This document shows positions 10,504 through 21,482 of a DNA stretch of 64,000 bases, one piece after another; the first letter of the stretch is position 1, and every line of letters begins with the position of its first letter. The translations under genes were made by a program, and so were the position numbers. This stretch comes from Candidatus Hadarchaeales archaeon (GTDB taxonomy: Archaea > Hadarchaeota > Hadarchaeia > Hadarchaeales > Hadarchaeaceae): contig JAVZGN010000002.1 of NCBI GenBank assembly GCA_038872135.1, forward strand, positions 49,031-113,030. Direction: 5' to 3'. The notes beneath the pieces are model-generated. The model ran no database searches. It was not told the origin of the DNA and saw nothing but the letters and a program-made list of their open reading frames with translations.

Positions 10504-11368
10504 CGGGAGATTCAAAGAATATCATTTTCTCCCAAAGAAGGTTTTGCTCCTGACCCAAGCTGTGGCCGAAAAAATAATTGAGGCGAATGCAAGGGGTGAC
10601 AAAAGCGTCTACATTACTCTCGATCTTGGAAGATCCATCTCAAAAGTCTTTTTGCGGGAAGGGCGCGTGGAGCTTGAGGGTATCTCCCTGCCAATGAAGG
10701 AGCTTGAGAGAATAAAAGAGAAGGACATTTATCAGGTGGGTTCAGAGGGAATCAAAAAAGTTGCATTTTTCGCAGGTGGAAATTACTACCGGCTAGTGAA
10801 TGTCTACCAAAACTGCGCCCCAACCCTGGAGATAAACGGCATCCACATGCACAGGATAAAAAACATCACCCCATGGGACGATGCCAGCGAAAAGGTGAAG
10901 TTGGCGAAAATTTTCCCGGGAGCAAAAGTCCTGGACATCTGCACCGGGCTTGGATACACAGCCATCCTGTCTCTCAAGCGCGGGGCTTCCGTCGTAACTG
11001 TGGAGAAGGATGAAAATGTTCTGAGGATGGCGGAGATAAACCCGTGGTCAAAAGAGCTTGAAAGCCCAAAGGTGAAGATGATTCTGGGGGATGCCACAGA
11101 AGTGATCCATGAATTTGAGAAATCTTCTTTCGACAGAATAATTCATGATCCACCCAGATTGGCGATGGCTGGGGAGCTCTACAGCGGGGATTTCTACTCA
11201 TCTCTTTTTGAAGTTCTCAAGCCAGGCGGAACCCTCTTTCACTATACCGGAGAGCCGGGAAAAATGCGGAGAAAGGATGTTCCCCGAGGCGTTTGCGAGA
11301 GATTGAAAGCGAGCGGTTTTGAGATCCTGAGAAAGACCGCCACGGGTGTGGTGGCCAGGAAACCATAG
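10466..11368 (+). CDS. Archaeal SAM-dependent methyltransferase (COG2521-like); start uncertain, possibly TTG at 10544
   Basis: PTLEINGIHMH, VLDICTGLGYTA, IIHDPPR, GELYS, FHYTGEPG. Confidence 0.82.
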   Translation: MPGSGESSLCSASGRFKEYHFLPKKVLLLTQAVAEKIIEANARGDKSVYITLDLGRSISKVFLREGRVELEGISLPMKELERIKEKDIYQVGSEGIKKVAFFAGGNYYRLVNVYQNCAPTLEINGIHMHRIKNITPWDDASEKVKLAKIFPGAKVLDICTGLGYTAILSLKRGASVVTVEKDENVLRMAEINPWSKELESPKVKMILGDATEVIHEFEKSSFDRIIHDPPRLAMAGELYSGDFYSSLFEVLKPGGTLFHYTGEPGKMRRKDVPRGVCERLKASGFEILRKTATGVVARKP

Positions 11369-11370
11369 AC

Positions 11371-11415
11371 AGTTCCAATTTTAAGACGAGTTCCATTTTT
11401 GGAAAAGCTTAAAAG
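11371..11415 (+). promoter_or_regulatory. Candidate operator and BRE/TATA promoter of the riboflavin operon
   Basis: Tandem AGTTCCA(A/T)TTT 18 bp apart; second copy forms TTCCA-N4-TGGAA (11391-11404); followed by GAAAAG-CTTAAAAG. Confidence 0.45.
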
Positions 11416-11444
11416 CTGGACAAATCACGTGAAAGGGGAGAGCT

Positions 11445-12082
11445 GTGAAAACTGAAAGATTGCTCTTGGCTCTAGCAAAGCTTGGAGGATGCAGGAGAGA
11501 GGTAAAGGTTTCGCTGAGCCTGCTAGCAAAGGAGCTTGGAACATCAAAGCAGACGGTGGGGAGAGAGCTGGAAAAACTCCAAAAAGATGGGCTGATTGCA
11601 AGAAGTTATTCCCCTGACGGACAGAAGATAAAGGTAACGGAAACTGGGACTGCGAAGCTGAAAAATCTCTACCGCCAGCTCCAGGAAATTTTTGAAAAGC
11701 AGGCCCCCCTGAAATTTGTGGGGGAAGTTGTCAGCGGGCTTGGAGAGGGCGCCTACTACATGCGGCAGCCGGGCTACACTAGGCAGATAGAAGAGGCACT
11801 GGGTTTTGTCCCCTATCCAGGAACCCTCGACATCAGGCTCGGTGAGGAGGCGGTGAGGGAGATAAAGGAACTTCCAAGCATCGAGATCTCCGGCTTCACA
11901 ACCAGAGAGAGGTCTTTTGGAGGGGTGAAGCTGTACCCGGCGAAAATAGGGGGGATTAAAGGGGCAATCGTCTATCCCCTCAGAAGCCACCACCGAGACA
12001 TCGCCGAATTCATAGCCCCGAAAAACCTTAGACGAAGCCTCAAGCTGAAGGACGGCGACACCGTGGAGGTTGAGGTGATGGG

Positions 12083-12086
<4 letters not shown>
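11445..12086 (+). CDS. ribK: CTP-dependent riboflavin kinase with N-terminal wHTH (RbkR type)
   Basis: HTH LAKELGTSKQTVGRELEKL; GEVVSGLGEGAYY; PYPGTLD; LKDGDTV. Confidence 0.93.
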
Positions 12087-13227
<1,141 letters not shown>

Positions 13228-13231
13228 GAAA

Positions 13232-13645
13232 TTGGTGAAGTTGGGAATAGTCGTCAGTGAGTTCAACGCAGAGGTAACGCTGCCAATGCTGGAGTTTGCA
13301 AAGAACCATGCAGAATTCCTCGGCGCCCAGATCTCAACGACCATGATGGTTCCAGGGGTCTTTGAGATTCCGCTGGCCGTGAAGAAGATCGCCCAGCGCC
13401 AGGATGTGGATGCCGTGGTGACCCTTGGAGCAGTGATCGAGGGGGGAACCGAGCATGACGAAATAGTGATGCAGCATGCGGTCAGAAAACTCCTGGATGT
13501 TTCGCTGGAGACCGGGAAGCCTGTTGGTCTAGGGATCTCTGGGCCGGGGATGACGAGAATCCAGGCGCTCGAGAGGGTCAACGACTATGCACGGAGAGCC
13601 GTTGAGGCAGCGGTGAAGATGGCGAGAAAACTGGAGAAGGTGTAG
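13232..13645 (+). CDS. ribH: 6,7-dimethyl-8-ribityllumazine synthase
   Basis: IVVSEFN, VPGVFEIP, LGAVIEGGTEHD, KPVGLGISGPG. Confidence 0.95.
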   Translation: MVKLGIVVSEFNAEVTLPMLEFAKNHAEFLGAQISTTMMVPGVFEIPLAVKKIAQRQDVDAVVTLGAVIEGGTEHDEIVMQHAVRKLLDVSLETGKPVGLGISGPGMTRIQALERVNDYARRAVEAAVKMARKLEKV

Positions 13646-13733
13646 AGCACAGAGGGGGCTGAAATCGGCGGAAGAAGGTAAATAGAGACACCACAGTTAT
13701 TAATCTCGGCACTAAAGGAAGAAATGTGATCAA

Positions 13734-14381
13734 GTGCTCCCGGAAGAAATAGGAGTTATCGCAATGGGCTCCCACAAGGAAAGGCATGGCGCGGCTCTCC
13801 CCCAGGACATTGATGCAAAACTCGCATCCTATGTTGCTCAGGAGGCTGCAAGGAAAACGGGGGCAAAATTCCTCGGCGTCATTTACTCTTCCTATGAGCT
13901 TCCGGGAATAGACACCGGGGAGCACCATCCGATGGAGGTGGTGCTGGAGGAGTTGAGCAGTGCCCTCTGGGATGCCAAGCAGATTTTGGGGATAAAAGCG
14001 GCGGTGATAGTCAACGGTCATGGAGGGAACAACCCAATCAAGGAAAAGCTTCCGGCCATTGAAAAGAAGCTGGGGATAAAGCTTGTCTTCAACAGCACCC
14101 TTGTGGAGCTGGAAGGCCCCCACGCAGCTACAGGAGAATTGAGCATGGGGCTCGCCATCGGCGTGACCAACACCTCAAAATTACCCGAACACACAAACTT
14201 CTCCCTATACCCTGAAGTTGGTTTTGTTGGGCTGGAGGAAGCAAAAAGGAAATATCGCTGGGCAGAAGAGCAGGCGAGAGAAGTTCAAAAATTTGGAATA
14301 AAGGTAAGCCACTTTGTCGGAGAGAAGCTCCTCCAATGCGCGGTGGCCGATGTCATCAACGATATAAAGGAAATCTCGTAA
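13734..14381 (+). CDS. arfB: Creatininase-family FAPy deformylase (archaeal riboflavin pathway)
   Basis: GSHKERHGAALP.DID, VNGHGGN, HAATGE; follows ribH. Confidence 0.8.
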   Translation: MLPEEIGVIAMGSHKERHGAALPQDIDAKLASYVAQEAARKTGAKFLGVIYSSYELPGIDTGEHHPMEVVLEELSSALWDAKQILGIKAAVIVNGHGGNNPIKEKLPAIEKKLGIKLVFNSTLVELEGPHAATGELSMGLAIGVTNTSKLPEHTNFSLYPEVGFVGLEEAKRKYRWAEEQAREVQKFGIKVSHFVGEKLLQCAVADVINDIKEIS

Positions 14382-14395
14382 GCAATTCTTTGGCG

Positions 14396-14698
14396 TCACT
14401 TCCGCACGACGACGACAAAAGCCGCTGGAACTTCTTTCTTTGGCGTTGCTGCAACCACTAGGAAAGAATATGTCGCTGGTCTCACTCCATCTGAAACTGA
14501 AACTTCCATCACAGATGTCAGGGGGGGCTTTCCTGCCGGTGGCATAAACTCAACTTTAATCCCTTCTGGAAGCCCCTCTCCTTCAGCAGAATTTGCCGAC
14601 AGAGAGATATCGTCGCCCTCTCCTTTCACCTTCACCATCACCCTAACCTTATCTCCAGGCGCCATCACTGAAAAAGCCGGCTGAAGTTCAACGGCCAT
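14396..14698 (-). CDS. Hypothetical protein, single beta-sandwich (Ig-like) domain
   Basis: Alternating beta pattern, GLPEGIKVEF.P..GKPP.TS.M.VSV; no signal peptide. Confidence 0.55.
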   Translation of the reverse strand: MAVELQPAFSVMAPGDKVRVMVKVKGEGDDISLSANSAEGEGLPEGIKVEFMPPAGKPPLTSVMEVSVSDGVRPATYSFLVVAATPKKEVPAAFVVVVRK

Positions 14699-14735
14699 TG
14701 GTTCAACTTTTTTTCTCCCAAAAAGAGGCAGTCAT

Positions 14736-15659
14736 TCACCCCACAAAATCTAGCCAGGCAAAATACTTCCGCACATTTCCTCTCACGGCTTCAAAGAAGA
14801 TCCGCTGGAGTTTTGTAGTTATCGGCCCACGCCGACCGTCGCCTATTTTCCTCCCATCAACCTCTCTGATGGGCGTCACCTCCGCTGCTGTTCCTGTGAA
14901 AAATGCCTCATCGGCTGAGTAGAGATCTTTTGGAGAGATTTTTTTCTCCCTAAACGGAATTCTTTCATCCTTTGCTATTCTGATTATTGAGTCTCTCGTT
15001 ATTCCAGAAAGCGCTCCAGAAGATATGGGAGGAGTCATCAGCACCCCATTTTTGACAATAAAAACATTCTCTCCCGGTCCCTCAGCAATGTCCCCATCAA
15101 TGTTGAGCAGGATTGCCTCCTCATAGCCTGATCTCAGGGCATCAACCTTCGCCAGGATCGAATTTGCATAGTTGGCAACCAGCTTTGCATGAGGTGGAAG
15201 GATGCTGGGGTGAATCCTTCTCCAAGGGGAGATTTTGACCCTCACCCCCTTCTCCAGTCCCTCCTCCCCGAGATATGTTCCCCAGGGCCAAACAGCAATC
15301 GCTACATCCACCGGGGCCCCGGCAGGATTGAGCCCCATAACTCCATATCCATAAAAAGCAATCGGGCGGATGTAGCATTCCTCAATCCTGTTCTTTTTTA
15401 TCGTCTCCTTCACCGCCTTGATCAAAACTTCTCTGGAGTATGGGAGCTTCATTCCCACAAGCTTCGCGGAGTTCTCGAGCCTGGCTATGTGGTCTTTAAG
15501 CCTGAAAACTGCCGGGCCCTCTTTTGTTTTATAGCATCTTATTCCCTCAAAAACCCCAAGCCCGTAGTGGAGAGTGTGGGTGAGAACGTGAATTTTAGCT
15601 TTTTCCCACCTAACAAACTTTCCATTCATCCAGATGTATTTTGTGGGAGTTAACCCCAT
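14736..15659 (-). CDS. ilvE: Branched-chain amino acid aminotransferase
   Basis: [39 protein letters not shown]. Confidence 0.96.
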   Translation of the reverse strand: MGLTPTKYIWMNGKFVRWEKAKIHVLTHTLHYGLGVFEGIRCYKTKEGPAVFRLKDHIARLENSAKLVGMKLPYSREVLIKAVKETIKKNRIEECYIRPIAFYGYGVMGLNPAGAPVDVAIAVWPWGTYLGEEGLEKGVRVKISPWRRIHPSILPPHAKLVANYANSILAKVDALRSGYEEAILLNIDGDIAEGPGENVFIVKNGVLMTPPISSGALSGITRDSIIRIAKDERIPFREKKISPKDLYSADEAFFTGTAAEVTPIREVDGRKIGDGRRGPITTKLQRIFFEAVRGNVRKYFAWLDFVG

Positions 15660-15688
15660 CCTCTCAGAAGAGGATTTTTCCGGAAAAT

Positions 15689-16774
15689 TTAAAGATTCCC
15701 CTTCCTTCCTTTCAAGACCTCCCCGAGAGCCCCGAGCATCCCTTCGATATCCTCAAAGAGAATGTATCCCATGTTTCCGATTCTGAAGGTCTTCTCCTTT
15801 AAAGTCCCGTAGCCCTTAGCCAGCTCAAATCCTCGCTTTCTCATCTCCTGATAGACCTCCAGACCGCTCATGCCCTCAGGGGCGTTAACGCAGGTAACAG
15901 TCGGGCTCTCATAGCCTTCCCTCGGGAAGAGCCTTAACCCAAGCTCCTCAATCCCCCTTCTTATCCTCTCCGCCCTTCTCCGGTAGAGGTCCAGCCTCTT
16001 CTGCTTGCCCCCCTCTTCTTCGATTATCTCCAGCTCCTTCTTCAGGGCAGCTATCTGGGGAATTGGAGGGGTCATGTGGGTGCTCCACTCTTTCTGCTGG
16101 TATTTCTCATAAAGCTTGAAATCGAAATACCATCCCTTGTCCTTCATCATCTCTGATTTTTCGAGTGCAGCCTGGCTAATGCTCGCCATCGCCAGCCCCG
16201 GGGGGATCCCAAAACACTTCTGGGAGCTTGAAAAGCAAACATCTATCCCCCACTCATCAACCTTTATCTCGACTCCCCCCATAGCGCTGACGGCATCAAC
16301 AAAAAGGAGTTTTCCATGCTCTTTCACTATTTTCGCCAGCTCCTCGAGTGGATTGAGGAGCCCAACGCTGGTTTCATTGTAGGTGATTGAAACTGCCTCA
16401 ACATCTGGATTTGCCCTCAATGCATCTTCCAACAGCTCAGGTGTAACCGGGTCGCCGAGGGAGGTCTCCAGCGCTACAACTTCTTTTCCATTGGCTCGCC
16501 CGACCTCAGCATACCTCTTCCCAAACTCTCCCGAGATGCAGCAGAGAAATTTTCTCTCAACGCAGTTTCTCACAGTTCCTTCCATTACCCCTGAGCCTGA
16601 GCTGGGAAAGAGAAACACCTGATTTTTTGTCTCGAGGAATTTCTGGAGGAGCTCAACGGTTTTTCTGTGGATTTCCTGATATTCAACGCTGCGGTGGCTG
16701 AACATCTGCCTCCTCATTTCCTCCAGGACCTCGGGCCTGCATGCCACCGGGCCAACTGTAAACAGCTTCATCAA
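15689..16774 (-). CDS. Class V PLP aminotransferase (serine-pyruvate/alanine-glyoxylate type)
   Basis: [36 protein letters not shown]. Confidence 0.9.
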   Translation of the reverse strand: MMKLFTVGPVACRPEVLEEMRRQMFSHRSVEYQEIHRKTVELLQKFLETKNQVFLFPSSGSGVMEGTVRNCVERKFLCCISGEFGKRYAEVGRANGKEVVALETSLGDPVTPELLEDALRANPDVEAVSITYNETSVGLLNPLEELAKIVKEHGKLLFVDAVSAMGGVEIKVDEWGIDVCFSSSQKCFGIPPGLAMASISQAALEKSEMMKDKGWYFDFKLYEKYQQKEWSTHMTPPIPQIAALKKELEIIEEEGGKQKRLDLYRRRAERIRRGIEELGLRLFPREGYESPTVTCVNAPEGMSGLEVYQEMRKRGFELAKGYGTLKEKTFRIGNMGYILFEDIEGMLGALGEVLKGRKGNL

Positions 16775-16870
16775 ACAACCTCTTTTTAAAGCATTTAAAA
16801 AGGTGCCCGGAGCAGCCTATTCCCCCTCACAACATCCTTTTATGGCTGCCGCCCAAGTTTAAGTGATAGT

Positions 16871-17989
16871 ATGGTGAAAACGACGATTTCGATAATAAAG
16901 TGTGACGTGGGGTCTTTGGCAGGCCACCACACAGTCCCAGAACCTCTCCTGAGAATTGCCGAGAAAAACCTCCAGAGGGCAGAGAAAGAGGGGCTCATCA
17001 ACAGCCACTTCGTCTTTCACGCCGGGGATGATCTTGAACTCCTGATGGTCCACCAGAGAGGCGAGAACAACCCAGAAATACACAAGCTGGCCTGGGATAC
17101 TTTCCAGGAGGCTGCGAAGAAGTCTGTGGAGCTGAAGCTCTACGCCGCAGGACAGGACATCCTGAAGACGGCGTTCAGCGGCAATGTCAAGGGGATGGGC
17201 CCGGGGGTTGCGGAAATGGAGATCGAGGAACGTGGCTCAGACCCGATAATAGTTTTTGCCGCAGACAAGACGGAGCCGGGAGCCTTTAACTACCCCCTCT
17301 TCCGCATTTTCGCAGATCCATTCAACACCGCAGGACTGGTGATTGACCCAGCCATGACAGGTGGGTTTAAATTTGAGGTCTTGAACGTCTTTGAAAACAA
17401 AAAAGTTGTGCTAAAGTGCCCAGAGGAAATGTATGACCTTATTGCCCTAATAGGGACGCCGGGGGAGTATGTTATCTCCCATGTATGGCGGGCAAGCGAC
17501 AACCAAATAGCTGCAGCAACCAGTACAACACGGCTCTCTTTGATAGCGGGGAAATATGTTGGGAAGGATGATCCTGTATCGATAGTCAGATGCCAGCATG
17601 GATTGCCCGCTGTCGGTGAAGCCCTTGCGCCCTTCATGCACAGCTACTTCGTTGAGGGGTGGATGAGGGGAAGCCACTGGGGACCGCTGATGCCTGTTGG
17701 CCTCAAGGATGCGAGATGCTGCGCTTTTGATGGGCCACCGCGGATAGTCGCCCTCGGATTTCAGGTGTGCAATGGAAGGATAGCCGCAGATGACGATGGA
17801 AAACCAATGATCAGCGATCTGTTTGATGACCCATCCTTCGATCTCGCCAGGCGCGAGGCAACAGAGCTGATGGCGGTGATAAGAAGGATGGGAGAGTTCG
17901 AGCCAGCGAGGCTTGGAAAGGAGTCAATGGAATATACCACGCTACCAAAGGTCCTAGAAAAATTGAAAAACAGGTTTGAGCCTGCTTAA
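16871..17989 (+). CDS. fbp: Bifunctional fructose-1,6-bisphosphate aldolase/phosphatase
   Basis: KCDVGSLAGH, LYAAGQD, DKTEPGAFN, YVGKDDP, GWMRGSH, FDGPPR, MEYTTLP. Confidence 0.96.
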   Translation: MVKTTISIIKCDVGSLAGHHTVPEPLLRIAEKNLQRAEKEGLINSHFVFHAGDDLELLMVHQRGENNPEIHKLAWDTFQEAAKKSVELKLYAAGQDILKTAFSGNVKGMGPGVAEMEIEERGSDPIIVFAADKTEPGAFNYPLFRIFADPFNTAGLVIDPAMTGGFKFEVLNVFENKKVVLKCPEEMYDLIALIGTPGEYVISHVWRASDNQIAAATSTTRLSLIAGKYVGKDDPVSIVRCQHGLPAVGEALAPFMHSYFVEGWMRGSHWGPLMPVGLKDARCCAFDGPPRIVALGFQVCNGRIAADDDGKPMISDLFDDPSFDLARREATELMAVIRRMGEFEPARLGKESMEYTTLPKVLEKLKNRFEPA

Positions 17990-18011
17990 AGGCCTGCCTT
18001 CTTTCTCTTTT

Positions 18012-18575
18012 TTACAGATATTTCTTGGCTAGCTTTTCCCAGTCGATTTTCAACATTGCAGCAATGACGATAAGGAGCAGGACCCCGGTAATGGCCGCTG
18101 CCTCCCAGCTCTCGGCTATTCCCGCCCCGATGAACCCTCCAAAGTGAGCGATTATCAAGGCCATGCAGAGCTTTCCCGCAACCGCCGCCGCAAAGATTTT
18201 CAGAAGAGGACACCGGGAGAGACCCAGGGGAATGAAGAGAAGATCGTCGGGGAGGGGTGTTAAAGCAAAGATGAAAACTGCCGGCGCCCCGTATCTCTCA
18301 AAAATTTTTGCAGAGGCCTCCATTTTCCCTGCATACTTTTTGCCCACAAATCGTCTCCCCGCATATCCCACCATATAGCCGGTTAGTTCTCCGACAGCCG
18401 CGCCTATACCGAATGCCACCGCGAGGAGGGTTGGATCGAAGACTTGCAAGGTGGCCATCGTCAAAAGTGCCACGGTGGTTGGAACCGGCACTATTATCGT
18501 CGCGGAACCTAGAAGACCTAGAAAAAATGCCCCGGGATATCCAAGGGCAATGAATGCCTCTGTCCACCCACCCAT
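18012..18575 (-). CDS. DedA/VTT-family membrane protein
   Basis: GAAVGELTGYMVG, FALTPLPDD, several hydrophobic helices. Confidence 0.85.
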   Translation of the reverse strand: MGGWTEAFIALGYPGAFFLGLLGSATIIVPVPTTVALLTMATLQVFDPTLLAVAFGIGAAVGELTGYMVGYAGRRFVGKKYAGKMEASAKIFERYGAPAVFIFALTPLPDDLLFIPLGLSRCPLLKIFAAAVAGKLCMALIIAHFGGFIGAGIAESWEAAAITGVLLLIVIAAMLKIDWEKLAKKYL

Positions 18576-18580
18576 AAAAA

Positions 18581-19495
18581 TCAGGCCTTCGCTCGCACCA
18601 GCTCTTTCACCTGCAGCCTTATTCCCTCTTCAATGGAGATCGTGGGCTCAAAACCTAGGAGTCTTTTTGCTTTTGAAATATCGGCGCAGGTGTGATAAAC
18701 ATAGTTCTTCACCGGGTTTTCAACATACTTTAGTTTCGGTTCTTTCCCCAGTTCCCTGCTGATGAGCTCCACCACCCGATTGAAGGTAGTTGCTATCCCA
18801 GTTCCGACATTCACGACCTCACAGCAAGGGGGGAGTTCTGCCGCCCGGATGCAAGCATTTACAACATCTTTCACGTGGATGAAATCTCTGGTCTGGGTGC
18901 CATCTCCATATATCTCCAGTGGCTCGCCCTTGCTAATAGCCCAGATGAATTGAGTAATCATATTTGCATATTTTCCCTTGGCTTCCTCGTGGGGACCGTA
19001 GACCGAGAAAAATCTCAGTCCAACAGATGGGGCCCCGCTCAGCTGATGGTAGACCTGAGCCAGCCGCTCCATCGCCAATCTCGCCTCAGTATAAAAATCA
19101 AATGGCACAAGTGGTAGATCCTCGTGATGGGGAGGGGGAGACATTCCATAGAGGCTAGAAGTGGAGGCATAAACAACATTTGCCCCGTTAATCTTCGCCA
19201 ACTCAAAAACCCTCATGAAATCAGCTATGGCCTCGCCAACAAGGATTGGGTTTCTCCTGTACATCGGGGAGCTGGAGGGAATTCCGAGATGAAAAATCTT
19301 GCTAACTTTGAGCCCCAGCTCCAGGAGTTTTGAGCAGGGGGCTTCTATCAGCTTAATTTTCTCGATCACTCCTCTGAGGTTTTCTCTTGATCCAGTGTGA
19401 TAGTTGTCCACCACAACGACATTCTCTCCCCGGCGGACGAGCTCCTCCACCAGATTTGAGCCGATGAAGCCTGCACCACCAGTTACCAGAATCAT
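18581..19495 (-). CDS. NAD-dependent nucleotide-sugar epimerase/dehydratase
   Basis: ILVTGGAGFIGSNL, LRFFSVYGP, GDGTQTRDFIHV. Confidence 0.92.
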   Translation of the reverse strand: MILVTGGAGFIGSNLVEELVRRGENVVVVDNYHTGSRENLRGVIEKIKLIEAPCSKLLELGLKVSKIFHLGIPSSSPMYRRNPILVGEAIADFMRVFELAKINGANVVYASTSSLYGMSPPPHHEDLPLVPFDFYTEARLAMERLAQVYHQLSGAPSVGLRFFSVYGPHEEAKGKYANMITQFIWAISKGEPLEIYGDGTQTRDFIHVKDVVNACIRAAELPPCCEVVNVGTGIATTFNRVVELISRELGKEPKLKYVENPVKNYVYHTCADISKAKRLLGFEPTISIEEGIRLQVKELVRAKA

Positions 19496-19635
19496 TTGCT
19501 GCCTCCAATCGCTTTTATCAAATGAGTTTATTATTCTATTGGAGGTTATGCCCGAAGCGGTTTTAGTCAAGCAAGATAGCGGAAAGATTCCCATTAAACC
19601 TAAGAGAGGTGTTCAATCATCCGTGAGGGAAGTAG

Positions 19636-20727
19636 ATGAGGATAGGATTTTTCACTGACACCTTTCTCCCCCAAACAAACGGTGTTGTCACCTCAATCCT
19701 GAGTTCTGGGACAGCACTAACGGAACGTGGTCATGAGGTGCACGTTTTCTGTCCAAAAACTAAATTGAAAGAGTATCGTGGCATTCACATTCACTCATAT
19801 CCTGCTGTTCCCTTCAGGCCATACCCAGAGTTCAAGATAGCAGTTCCACAGGGGAGGGAGAAGGTCCCGCCGCTGGATATCGTGCACACCCACTCTCCTT
19901 TCACGATGGGTTTTTTTGGCTGGAGAGTATCCAGATTTCAGAAAATTCCCAGAGTCTCCACTTTCCACACGCTCCTTTCAGAATATGTGAAGTATGTGAA
20001 GCTGGGTGGTCCATTTGCAAAATTTCTCACTTGGAAACTTTGCACTTTCTTTTACAATGGGCACAGAAAGGTGGTCGCACCCAGTCGCTCCCTCAAAAAG
20101 CTTCTGAAGGAAAAAGGGGTGAAAAAACCAATTGAAGTGATTCCAAATGGCATAGACCTGCGTCTATACCATCCGATAGATAAGAAACTCGCAAGAAAAA
20201 AACTTGGGCTCCAAAATGGAAGAATTTTCCTCAGTCTCGGAAGACTGAGCTATGAGAAGAATCTAGATGTGATCATCAGGGCAATGGAAAAGGCGGATGG
20301 AACACTTCTCATTGCTGGGAGGGGCCCGGCTAAACCCAAGCTCCAGAAGCTTGTGAAAAAGATTGGATTGGAGAAAAAGGTTCGATTTGTAGGATATATC
20401 CCAAATGCATATAAAAAATATTATTTCTCCGCGGCGGATGGATTCCTCATAGCTTCAACAAGCGAGACCCAAGCAATAGTAGTCGCAGAAGCCATGGCTT
20501 GTGGCTGCCCAGTAATCGGAGCAAAATCTCTTGCTATTCCAGAATTTGTCGTAAATGGAAAAAATGGATATCTCTTTGAGCCCAATAACATCGATGAGCT
20601 CTCAGAGATTATTGCAGAATTTGAGCCCTCGGAAAAAATGTCTCGAGCAGCAATAGAAACCGCAAAGAAATTCCGGCTGGAAAACTGCGTCATTCGGCTC
20701 GAAAAATTTTACGCCTCGGTTCTGTGA
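19636..20727 (+). CDS. GT4 glycosyltransferase
   Basis: FTDTFLPQTNGV, GRLSYEKN, ETQAIVVAEAMACG. Confidence 0.92.
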   Translation: MRIGFFTDTFLPQTNGVVTSILSSGTALTERGHEVHVFCPKTKLKEYRGIHIHSYPAVPFRPYPEFKIAVPQGREKVPPLDIVHTHSPFTMGFFGWRVSRFQKIPRVSTFHTLLSEYVKYVKLGGPFAKFLTWKLCTFFYNGHRKVVAPSRSLKKLLKEKGVKKPIEVIPNGIDLRLYHPIDKKLARKKLGLQNGRIFLSLGRLSYEKNLDVIIRAMEKADGTLLIAGRGPAKPKLQKLVKKIGLEKKVRFVGYIPNAYKKYYFSAADGFLIASTSETQAIVVAEAMACGCPVIGAKSLAIPEFVVNGKNGYLFEPNNIDELSEIIAEFEPSEKMSRAAIETAKKFRLENCVIRLEKFYASVL

Positions 20728-21432
20728 TCAGTGAAACAGTCGATATTCCTTCTGCTTTTTCCCGAGCAGGAATTGGACTGTTGTCCTGCTCCAATCGTCG
20801 ATCAGTCCCCCCAGCCCAAGCGCCTCCAGCCTTCTCCTGGATGTTCTTACGACGATGTGCCGGAAAAACACTACCTTTCCCTTTCTTGAAATTCTTATGC
20901 AAAGATCAAAATCTTCCGATGCCGCCATCTCCTCATCAAAACCTCCAACCTCCATGAACGGCTTTTTCTTGTAGGCAACGCATGTGCCGGCTAGAACTGG
21001 TCTCCCATAGAGAAATGACAACATTATGAGAATGTTAAAAAAGTAAAATACTATCTCAGTTATTACATCTGTTTTCATTGGCATTATCATCCCGCCGGTG
21101 CCGACAACTTCCGGTACCCGCATGTATTTCAATGTTTCATCAACAAACTCCTTCGTGAGTATCGTGTCGGCGTCCAAGAAGAGAAGAATGTCGCCTTTTG
21201 CATTTTTTGCCCCTATATTCCTTGCCGTGGCGATCGTCCCCCGGCTGTAAAAAACTCTCGCATATTTCTTTGCTATCTCAACTGTCCTGTCTTTAGAGCC
21301 GCCGTCAACCACGATGATTTCGGCTTCTGGCGCTGCCTCTCTCGCTTTTACGAGAGTTCGCTCAATCAATTTTTCTTCATTCAATGTCGGGATTACTATC
21401 GAGATCTTTGGTTTTTCTGGTATCTGGTACAT
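20728..21432 (-). CDS. GT2 glycosyltransferase
   Basis: SIVIPTLNEE, VVDGGSKD, FLDAD, GGFDE..SED. Confidence 0.92.
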   Translation of the reverse strand: MYQIPEKPKISIVIPTLNEEKLIERTLVKAREAAPEAEIIVVDGGSKDRTVEIAKKYARVFYSRGTIATARNIGAKNAKGDILLFLDADTILTKEFVDETLKYMRVPEVVGTGGMIMPMKTDVITEIVFYFFNILIMLSFLYGRPVLAGTCVAYKKKPFMEVGGFDEEMAASEDFDLCIRISRKGKVVFFRHIVVRTSRRRLEALGLGGLIDDWSRTTVQFLLGKKQKEYRLFH

Positions 21433-21482
21433 GAATCAACCCTCACTTCTATACTCTTGAGGCTAAAAAATCACTTCGTCGA

